From: Acidobacteriota bacterium
GTDB taxonomy: Bacteria > Acidobacteriota > CAIWXX01
Assembly: GCA_040755995.1 (NCBI GenBank)
Contig: JBFMAF010000055.1
Location: 192,001-256,000, forward strand
Direction of reading: 5' to 3'
DNA length: 64,000 nucleotides
Under the pieces are notes generated by a model. That model did not search any database and had not been told where the DNA came from. It saw only the letters and a program-made list of their open reading frames with translations. The number at the start of each line of letters is the position of its first letter. Position 1 is the first letter of the stretch. The position numbers and the translations under genes were made by a program. Positions 41,473-49,413 of the stretch are shown piece after piece.

Positions 41473-42426
41473 TCAGTGCTCCCAGCGATCCCGGAGTTCG
41501 ATCAAGATATCCGCCAAATGGCTCTCGAACGCTCTATAGAGGTTCTCCACAAGTTCTCCACTAGCGACGACTGGAGGAGATTCTGGCAGAGGACCAACGC
41601 ACTCGATGATCAACCTGCCAGAAGCGTCGCTGATCGCATGCTTCTCCGTCACGCCGTCGTCAGAAGAAAATGAGGCACTTGCTTGTTGGCTGCCGCCAAT
41701 GGCCGGAAGCACGCAGTGCCACACAGGCACGGAGCGTCGAAGGGAGACTCTGGAAACGCCAGCCAAGACAGCGGAATCCGATGACTGGGAGCCAGTCACC
41801 TTCCGGTGTGTGGAGGCCAACACAGGGGCAACGTAATGGGTGATTTCGTCCCTTCGACTTATCAGCTGGCCAGCCCATCCGTCAAGCGCATCCGAAACAA
41901 GGGTAGATATCCTGTCGCCGGAGCCGAACATGTTGCGTAGCTTGGCGTACCGATGCACACCGACTTTTCCGAGGGAGTAACTAGCGACGAGTCGCGCAAG
42001 ATGGTCAAGGGTACTTCGCATTGAAGAAAGCAGCGCTTCAAATTCCGACTCAAGTCTCGCATCTTGGAGAGAGATCGTGAACGAGGCGTTGGCATTCGGA
42101 AGTAACGAACCGACGTCGTCTCCTGAGGAATCGGTGGTCCCTCGTTTCTCGACCTCGGCAAACCGTGATTCGTGCTCGCTGAGGACCTCCCTCCACCGTT
42201 CGAGACGGTATCTAGATCCCACCAGCTTGCGATACAGGCTCGCCACTCGTGCTAGGTACTCCTCTAGCGCTACGTGAATGAGTTCGGGAGCGGCGCCACC
42301 TCGCGGGATAATCCTATCGATTAGCAGGTCAAGACGACTGAATTCGGCCGGAGCAGATAGCGTCTCGTGCGTTGTGTTGGGTTGCAGGGATATCTTGGAA
42401 AGGAGTTGGTCGATCATATTGGCCAT
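41473..42426 (-). CDS. Putative HEPN-like (Cthe_2314-type) protein (cassette)
   Basis: FEALLSSMRSTLDHLARLV and RDEITH (Rx4H). Confidence 0.55.
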   Translation of the reverse strand: MANMIDQLLSKISLQPNTTHETLSAPAEFSRLDLLIDRIIPRGGAAPELIHVALEEYLARVASLYRKLVGSRYRLERWREVLSEHESRFAEVEKRGTTDSSGDDVGSLLPNANASFTISLQDARLESEFEALLSSMRSTLDHLARLVASYSLGKVGVHRYAKLRNMFGSGDRISTLVSDALDGWAGQLISRRDEITHYVAPVLASTHRKVTGSQSSDSAVLAGVSRVSLRRSVPVWHCVLPAIGGSQQASASFSSDDGVTEKHAISDASGRLIIECVGPLPESPPVVASGELVENLYRAFESHLADILIELRDRWEH

Positions 42427-42484
42427 GGGTCACATCCGCGCTGTCAATTCACTGGATCCCGCCTCTAACAACTGTTCCTCGTTC

Positions 42485-42650
42485 GCCCAACAATGATTAG
42501 ATTGATCCGCATAGGATGCGGAACTTCACTTTCCTCCCGGTATCGCACACCGCTGATTCATCTGGCAGTTTCGCGATAACCCCTTCTGTTTCGGTCGCTT
42601 CTGCCCTATGCTTTGACTCATCCTCCAATCCTATGCGGATCGGCATAACC
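42485..42650 (-). promoter_or_regulatory. attI-like site (type 1) downstream of intI
   Basis: 14-bp inverted repeat 42504-42517/42628-42641; tatgcggatcaatctaatcatt-GTTGGGC. Confidence 0.7.
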
Positions 42651-42664
42651 ACCTCCTCGTTGCC

Positions 42665-43027
42665 TCAAAGTCCCTCAACCGGGCTGCGTACGCCGGCCGG
42701 GCCACGGTTGAGGACATGGGTATAGATCATCGTCGTCGAAACGTCGCTGTGACCTGGGAGTTCCTGGGTGGCCCGCCCGGGTTGCCCTGCGCGATGGCCC
42801 ACCGAGTTCACCGGACCAAGTGAAGGGTGCACCTCCACCGGTTCTCCCGCGAAGAGGTTGAGGAGTCGAGGTAGCATCCCCTCGGTGTCCAGCACTGTCC
42901 AATAGCTCTCTTCGGGATGCCAGCGCCGATCATGGATAGTCTTGATCTTCTCCACTCGTTGCCACTCATACGGCACGATCACTCTCAACCGCCCCCTGGG
43001 TCCTGGATCAATGACCACAGAACTCAT
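42665..43027 (-). pseudogene. intI: Internally deleted integron integrase (N-terminal extension fused to the last ~33 aa)
   Basis: [33 protein letters not shown]. Confidence 0.8.
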
Positions 43028-43044
43028 CGCTGCGAACTCCCTGC

Positions 43045-43073
43045 ATTCTGAACAGAGGCGACGAATGTGTCAA
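43045..43073 (-). promoter_or_regulatory. Putative intI promoter
   Basis: TTGACA-17-CAGAAT, then GGGAG RBS and ATG at 43027. Confidence 0.6.
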
Positions 43074-43175
43074 CAAGGCTTGCCCATGCCCGTCGAGCCG
43101 GCGAGCATTCGCGCGACTCCTCATGGCTTTCCGGCGGCTTAGATGGTCTCTACATGACATGCGTCGCTTCTTTCC

Positions 43176-43253
43176 TCACAAGGTGCCCGCCGGGCTTCTG
43201 GCCCCTCGGCCTCCGAGATTCAGAAGGTTCCTGTTGATCATGTTTGTCCGCAA
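43176..43253 (-). pseudogene. intI: Eroded intI C-terminal tail
   Basis: LRTNMINRNLLNLGGRGARSPAGTL*. Confidence 0.6.
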
Positions 43254-43716
43254 CGGCACGTTGCTGCCCCCCTCCTCTCCCTCGCCAGAAGCATCGACAA
43301 GCCCGAAACCAAGGCATGGACTCCTCTCCTACAAATAAATAGTGTCGTGACCCCATGGGTATCTTGGCGTCCCTTGACTTCGGCTCGCTTCCAGGGGCCG
43401 GGATTTTACGGGTTCACCTTTCCTGACCTCCAGCCCCGGCATCCCCCCGGGGGGCGCGCCCGTGTGGGCAACCTGGTTTCGGCGTGGACGGCATCGTCTC
43501 GCTGGTCTGGCCGTCAACCGTGACCATGACGCCGTATGCCTTGTCACTCTTGCACTTCGCCGGGTTCCTGACGGTGAACCTGCTCGTCGAGGCCTTATGG
43601 GGTTGATCGGGCGAACAGCGGGGACGCCTCGCGATGCCGGACTAGGCGCCCGGGCCTCGTGGCGGACGCACGGAGAGCAGTCTGCTCAGTCGCCGCCGGA
43701 TAGTGCCAGTCGCCGG
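43254..43716. repeat. Spacer repeat X, copy B
   Basis: Homologous to copies A and C. Confidence 0.85.
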
Positions 43717-44399
43717 GATCGACAGCGAGCTTAGGCTCCTGGATACAATGGAGCACGAGATTCGCGAGATGGAGCAGACACTCATTCAAGCAGCATGGCA
43801 GGAGGATCGAGTTCGACTGTTGATGACGCTGTCCGGGATCGACTTCTGCGGCGCACAGTCGCCGGTTGCGACGATGGGAGATCCCAGGCGGTTCGAGGAT
43901 GCGGACCACTTCGCAAGCTATCTCGGGTTGGTGCCTGCGACGCGGGCGTCGGCGAATCACTGTTACCACGGGCCGATCACGAAGTAGGGGCGGAGTCACA
44001 CCCGATGGACGCTGATTCAGGCCGCACAGCACCCGGCCGATCATCCCGGACCGTTGGGACAGTTCTTCCGACGGTTGCTCAAGAAGAAGAATCGCAACAT
44101 CGCCCTCGTGGCGGTGGCGAGGAAGCTGGCCGTGATCGCGTCCCACATGCTCAAGAACAACGAGCCCTACCGGTACGCGCTGCCGGATTCAACCGGGCAA
44201 GAGCTGGCGCATCTCCGATCCCAGGCGACAGGCCAAAAACGCAAGACCGGACCATCGCAGGAAGCTGCCGAGAAGCGACGCGTCGGAACGCGGAGCCGCA
44301 CGGTGCCCTCACTCGCAACGGTCTACCAGCGTGAGGGAGTGCCCCTACTCCGAGCCCCAGAATCGCCGCCGCCTGGCGAGAAGCGAATGATCGAGGAAC
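43717..44399 (+). mobile_element. IS110-family remnant, copy 6
   Basis: Same motifs; premature TAG at 43985; 3'-truncated. Confidence 0.88.
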
Positions 44400-44460
44400 C
44401 CTCCCGTTCAAGGTAGAAGGCGTCGCCCTGCGCTACTGGAAATGCGATGAACTGGGGCAT
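44400..44460 (-). pseudogene. N-terminal stub of a ComEC/MBL-fold-like cassette gene
   Basis: MPQFIAFPVAQGDAFYLER; preceded by a collapsed attC-like GGGAAC...GTTACAA (44471-44512). Confidence 0.45.
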
Positions 44461-44515
44461 GTCTTGCTCGTTGTAACGACAGGCATGACGCGCGAGAAAT
44501 GGCACGTTCCCCGCA

Positions 44516-46201
44516 CTATTTCTCGTCGCTGTCCATGCCTTCGTTAGATTGTATTTCGACCAGGCCTCTTTCGAGGAGGGCCTGAAACGCTTCCTGCCTC
44601 CTGTGTTCGTCGCTCGCCTTCATCATTCTGAGGCCCACATCTCGAAAGCACTCGCTGGACAGGCCATGGCCAATGTCCGCGCCGGCCAACGTGATTTTCA
44701 AATACTCCCGATAAAATGGGACCTCGTGAGACAATGAACCAGTAGCTTCCAAAACATTACACACCGCACTGAACGTCCTTCTTGCTGATTTCCTGGTAAT
44801 GCGCAATGTAGTGCACCAGAGAAGAGGTCTCAGCACGTAATCCAACACCCATTCTTCCATAGCTATGAGGGGGAGTCCTTCATGATTCTTACTATGATTC
44901 GCGATTCGATCTATCAGGGCGACAACACGAGGCGCAATCGCTCCAGATTCACGCCTCGGGCCGTCAATGCGGTCAAAGAGGAGTGCGTCAATTTCCCGGA
45001 ACATAACCTCCAAGTCACCTATTCCCATCACCCCTCGAAGCCTATCTATGCCGGAGGCCCCAGTAACTACCTTTGCTGAGGCGAGGATATAGTCGGCTCT
45101 TTCCTCTAAGAGATGCATCCTTTCTTTGTAAGGGAGAATCTCAGTTTCCAAACCCCGAGCGAACACCTTGGCCCGCGTGACCTCCGAAAAGGCGCGGACC
45201 ATTTGGCTATGCGGATAGTAAAGGCGTAGATGAATCGGATCACGAAGAGCGCAAAGCTCCACAATAGAACGTTGCTTAGCGTTGAGAGAGCCCCAGCGTC
45301 TCTCGAACCAAGGGTATCCTAAACTTAAGATGCTAGCGTCCGGTTCTTCTCCAACAATGTGAAACAATTCATCACACACATAACCGGTCGGTTCATTCTC
45401 CGCAAGATGGAGCAGCATGTACATCCCGTTCGCTCGCTTATCAGAATCGGAAAGGCCACAAAAAAACAGCGCGGAAGAAACAAGGAAGGCGAATTCCCGT
45501 TCAGAAAAGGCCGAAAGCTTTGCATTCTCGATGAGCATTTGCCGCGCCGCCATAAGCTGTTGCGGATGACTTAGGTTGTCGCCATCTTCCACCGAATATG
45601 CCACCCACCGCAGCGTCCTCGAGTTGATATCCTCTCTTCCCTCCTTATCCTTGATAACGGCTTCGCATGCGGATTTTGCGTCATCTGCTTTCGGCGCTCT
45701 CAGTTGATGGCCAGTGCTCCAATCAGTATTGAACGGTAGGCGATTACCGTTCCGTACCTCAACTGACAGCCGATCCAGTTCATCTTGGTGGTAGCACTCG
45801 AAATATGGTGTGTCAGAAAGACTATCAGGTACGACCGAATGTGGGACCATATGTGCAACCATTACCCTTGACGCTGACGCTTGTCTTTCGACTTCAATCG
45901 CAGGCAGATATTCTGCGCGGCACCACACTGAATCGCGAAAACGATCATCGACGGACAATACTACAAAGCGAGAGCGAATCAGAGCCGAGCTCACCACTTC
46001 TTGAACTCTTCGATCGCGTAGATCTTGATCATCATCATGCCAAACCATGACGCCGCGGGCGCCAAGTTCTTGAGCAAGCCTCTTCGAGTGTTCGTCTCCT
46101 CTGTTATGACTAATGAACGCATCGAACTGAAACGAACGGTCACCGTATTCTTTCGACCATGAAACTGGGAGAAACGGATGCAAATCTATGTGCCCGATCA
46201 T
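44516..46201 (-). CDS. TIR-domain protein with large unknown C-terminal region (AT-richer cassette)
   Basis: FDAFISHNRGD...LAQELGARGVMVWHD...LIRSRFVVL...DSVWCRAEY. Confidence 0.85.
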   Translation of the reverse strand: MIGHIDLHPFLPVSWSKEYGDRSFQFDAFISHNRGDEHSKRLAQELGARGVMVWHDDDQDLRDRRVQEVVSSALIRSRFVVLSVDDRFRDSVWCRAEYLPAIEVERQASASRVMVAHMVPHSVVPDSLSDTPYFECYHQDELDRLSVEVRNGNRLPFNTDWSTGHQLRAPKADDAKSACEAVIKDKEGREDINSRTLRWVAYSVEDGDNLSHPQQLMAARQMLIENAKLSAFSEREFAFLVSSALFFCGLSDSDKRANGMYMLLHLAENEPTGYVCDELFHIVGEEPDASILSLGYPWFERRWGSLNAKQRSIVELCALRDPIHLRLYYPHSQMVRAFSEVTRAKVFARGLETEILPYKERMHLLEERADYILASAKVVTGASGIDRLRGVMGIGDLEVMFREIDALLFDRIDGPRRESGAIAPRVVALIDRIANHSKNHEGLPLIAMEEWVLDYVLRPLLWCTTLRITRKSARRTFSAVCNVLEATGSLSHEVPFYREYLKITLAGADIGHGLSSECFRDVGLRMMKASDEHRRQEAFQALLERGLVEIQSNEGMDSDEK

Positions 46202-46254
46202 GCCGAAACCTCAAGAACAAAAATACGTCACTACTCCCGACACCACACCAAGCG

Positions 46255-46420
46255 ATCTAACAATAACTAGATTGATCCGCATAAGGTGCGGGACTTCGCT
46301 TTGGTGCCGGTATCGCAGGCCGCTGATTCATCTGGCGGTTTCGCGACAACCCCTTCTGTTTCAGTCATTTGTGTGCTATCCTTTGACTTGTCCTCCGATC
46401 TTATGCGGATCGGCATAACA
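46255..46420 (-). promoter_or_regulatory. attI-like site (type 1) downstream of intI
   Basis: 12-bp inverted repeat 46274-46285/46400-46411; tatgcggatcaatctagttatt-GTTAGAT. Confidence 0.7.
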
Positions 46421-46434
46421 ACCTCCTCGTTGCC

Positions 46435-46875
46435 TCAATGTCCGTCAACCGGGCTGCGTACGCCGGCTGGGCCGCGGCTGAGGGCATGGGTATAGATCAT
46501 CGTCGTCGAAACGTCGCTGTGGCCTGGGAGTTCCCGGACCGTGCGGATATCGCACCTGCTTTTGACCGAGTGGGTGGCGAAGGAACGGTCGAAGGTGTTG
46601 CACGTAGCCCTCTTGGTCAAGCCAGCGTTCACCACCACTGCGTCCCCGACGGCTTTCTGAATGAGCGATTCACCCACATGGTGCCGTCCTTCCTCACCGG
46701 TCTTCCGGTTCCTCCGCCGGTTCTCCTGCGGAAAGATCCATTGCCACCGCCAGTCCTTCGACGCAGTGGGGTACTTGCGGTCGAGGGCATCCGGCAACAG
46801 GACGCGACCCTAGCTTTCCAGCAGGTCCCGTTCGTGGACCATCTTGACTGTCTTGAGATGCTCCTGAAGCGGGTG
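46435..46875 (-). pseudogene. intI: Integron integrase C-terminal half, inactivated
   Basis: IntI patch LPDALDRKYP...WRWQWIFP...GRHH; HxxR mutated (TCNTFDRSFATH); internal TAG; TTMIYTH. Confidence 0.9.
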
Positions 46876-47340
46876 TCCCTCGCCAGAAGCATCGACAAGC
46901 ATGAAACCAAGGCATCGACTGCTCTCCTACAATTAATAAGTGTCGTGACCCCCTGGGTATCTTGGCATCCGTTCACCTCGGCTCGCTTCCAAGGGCCGCG
47001 ATTCTACGGCTTCACCTTTCCTACTAGCCTCCAGCCCCGGCATCCCCCCTAGGGGGGCGATCCCGTGTGGGCAACCTCGTTTCGGCGTGGACGGCATCGT
47101 CTCGCTGGTCCGGCCGTCAACCGTGACCATGACGCCATATGCCTTGTCACTCTTGCACTTCGCCGGGATCGTGAGGGTGAACCTGCTCGTCGGGGCCTTA
47201 TCGGGTTGATCAGGCGAACAGCGGGACCCCCTCCCGCGGTGTCGCCGACGCGCCGCCATGCCGAGTGAAACGCCCGGGCCTCGTGGCGGAGGCACGGAGA
47301 GGAGTCTGCTCAGTCGCCGCCGGATGGTGTCAGTAGCAGG
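46876..47340. repeat. Spacer repeat X, copy C
   Basis: Homologous to copies A and B. Confidence 0.85.
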
Positions 47341-48315
47341 GATCGACAGCGAGCTCAGGCTCCTGGATTCAATCCAGCACGAGATTCGCGAGATGGAGCA
47401 GACACTCATTCAAGCAGCATGGCAGGAGGATCGAGTGCGACTGTTGATGACGCTGTCCGGGATCCATTTCTACGGCGCACAGTCACTGATAGCGGCGATG
47501 GGAGATCCCAGACGGTTCCAGGATGGGGACCACTTCGCAAGCTATCTCGGGTTGGTGCCGTCGACGCGGGCGTCGGCGAATGGCTATTACCACGGGCCGA
47601 CCACGAAGCAGGGGCGGAGTCACACCCGATGGATGTTGATTCAGGCCGCACGGCACCTGGCCGGTCATCCCGGTCCGTTGGGACAGTTCTTCCGACGGCT
47701 GCTCAAGAAGAAGAATCGCAACATCGCCGTCGTGGCGGTGGCGAGGAAGCCGGCCGCAATCGCGTACCACATCCTCAAGAACAACGAGCCCCACCGGTAC
47801 GCACTGCCGGATTCAACCGGGGAAGAGCTGGCGCGCCTCCGATCCCAGGCGACAGGCCAAAGGCGCAAGACCGGATCATCGAAGGAAGCTGCTGGGAAGC
47901 GACGGGTCGGAACGCGGAGCCGCACGGTGCCCTCACTCGCAACGGTCTACCAGCGCGAAGGAGTGCCCGGACTCCGAGCCCCAGAGTCGCTGCCGGCTGG
48001 CGAGAAGCGCATGATCGAGGAACGCAAACTTCGACCGTTCATCAAGAGTATCAACACCGCCCAAAGACGCGAGCAGAAGAGCCCCCAGCGGACGAATGCA
48101 AACGCGAGTGGGAACTGAGATGAGAGATCTGCTGAGCCTCGACGACACCAGCCGGCAGGCTCCTGACCAAGACGCATGGATGACCCGCAACGACCGAGGC
48201 TCCCGTCTGTCAGGCCCACCGAATCACGGATACGTCTGTCAAGAAGAGCCCAGCGCTGGGGGCCAGCACCGCCCGCGGTGGCCGATCACCGGAGTTGCAG
48301 TCCTCAGAGGTGCTC
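47341..48315 (+). mobile_element. IS110-family remnant, copy 7 (open C-terminal frame to 48118; intact right end)
   Basis: Transposase_20 motifs; ends cctcagaggtgctc|GTTGGCG. Confidence 0.9.
48119..48315 (+). ncRNA. Candidate bridge/seek RNA region, second copy
   Basis: Colinear with 39508-39704. Confidence 0.5.
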
Positions 48316-48349
48316 GTTGGCGCACCCTGAATGTACCCAGGTGGATGGC

Positions 48350-48991
48350 TCAGCTCCTCAGCTTGCTTTCTCTGCTAATGTCTATCAAAGAAAACGTCCT
48401 GATGACTTCAGTCGCAATCTGTCTGATGGACGGCGGAACGGGGTCATTCAGAGGAGACTTCTCGCCCGTTGCGCTTCTTATCCACCATCCGGCTGTGTTT
48501 TGTCGGCTCAGATCATAGTATTTCTCGTCAAGAGAGGCATCGACATGTGCTCCGCCATCCCGGTCAGCTGTTTCCAGGATGAGCCTCTTGCGGGTGAAGG
48601 ACTCTTTGTTCTGATCGACAATTACCTTCTTGCGGTTCCACCAGTTGTCGATGCTCACGAGGTTGTAACTGGGGTTGTCGGAAGGCACGTATGTGATCTC
48701 TTTGTCCGGCATGTCTACTCGAGTGCTCAACAAGCCCAAATGGGTTAGAAGATTCTCCGGATCGTACGGCCGACAGGTATCTACAATGCTGATGTGCTCC
48801 AATTTCAATAGCCGGAGCAGAGACTTCTGGTTGTTCGTGTTGCTGAAAATAAGCCGGATCTTTACGGCCATGTCCTGGGCGTAGTGGTACTCCCCACGGT
48901 CGTACAATTCGCAAAGGCCGGAAAGTTTGTTGACCTGATCTGAGAGCTTGTTCACGAGTTCAACTTTTGTTACTGGCTTCTTGGTGTCCAT
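48350..48991 (-). CDS. Conserved hypothetical cassette protein (DGGAHVD motif)
   Basis: YDRGE...AVKIR...WWN...TRKRLILETADRDGGAHVD...IRQIA; GGAG RBS; AT-richer. Confidence 0.8.
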   Translation of the reverse strand: MDTKKPVTKVELVNKLSDQVNKLSGLCELYDRGEYHYAQDMAVKIRLIFSNTNNQKSLLRLLKLEHISIVDTCRPYDPENLLTHLGLLSTRVDMPDKEITYVPSDNPSYNLVSIDNWWNRKKVIVDQNKESFTRKRLILETADRDGGAHVDASLDEKYYDLSRQNTAGWWIRSATGEKSPLNDPVPPSIRQIATEVIRTFSLIDISRESKLRS

Positions 48992-49044
48992 GATATCTCC
49001 TCATCCTGAGGCCTCACCGATGAGAATCATTTCCGATTGGGTGC

Positions 49045-49082
49045 GCCCAACACCGCGGGTCAGCTGCATCCGCTTGTTGAAC
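49045..49082 (-). other. Centrally deleted attC with R'' from element Y
   Basis: GTTCAAC aagcggatgcagctgacccgcggt GTTGGGC (compare the full-length family member at 11527-11653). Confidence 0.65.
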
Positions 49083-49202
49083 TGAGCCGCTGGCGCGGCG
49101 GGTTGCTGATCCTTCACTTCCGCCGGGGAATCAACCATGGTAGACCGCCCGTGTCCTTTCCGATGAGCCGTATCGCTGTCCCCGTTTCTCAGGAGGTCCA
49201 CT
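49076..49202 (+). mobile_element. Element Y terminus, copy 2
   Basis: Homologous to 36546-36618; leads into an AGGAGG RBS. Confidence 0.6.
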
Positions 49203-49394
49203 ATGTCTACACTCCGCGGACGTATGATCGAAGACATGCAGCTTCCCGGGCTTTCACCTCGCACGCAGCAGCCCTATGCCCGAGCGGTCGGCAAGCTAGC
49301 CGAGCACCATCATAGGTCTCCGGACCTGATCACGCAAGATCAAACGCGACTGGACCGCCGTCAATCTGGTCAAGCCCAAGCTTCGACCTCCTGA
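49203..49394 (+). pseudogene. N-terminal SAM-like domain (Phage_int_SAM_4 type) of a tyrosine recombinase, truncated
   Basis: MSTLRGRMIEDMQLPGLSPRTQQPYARAVGKLAEHHHRSPDLIT. Confidence 0.8.
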
Positions 49395-49413
49395 GCCCCG
49401 GCGCCGTCCGCTC

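Noticed and set aside
43316..43329. atggactcctctcc as an IS1111 left inverted repeat
   Set aside because: Not conserved in X copies A and C and not complementary to the observed right end.
46435..46797. Functional integron integrase
   Set aside because: N-terminal half missing, internal stop, and catalytic HxxR altered.
29953..48315. CRISPR array as an explanation of the repeats
   Set aside because: The repeats are 100-1100 bp transposase-coding segments separated by genes; no 25-45 bp repeat/spacer pattern or cas gene.
29953..48315. Pure assembly artefact
   Set aside because: The copies differ by many substitutions and have distinct breakpoints and cargo. A strain chimera is not fully excluded without reads.
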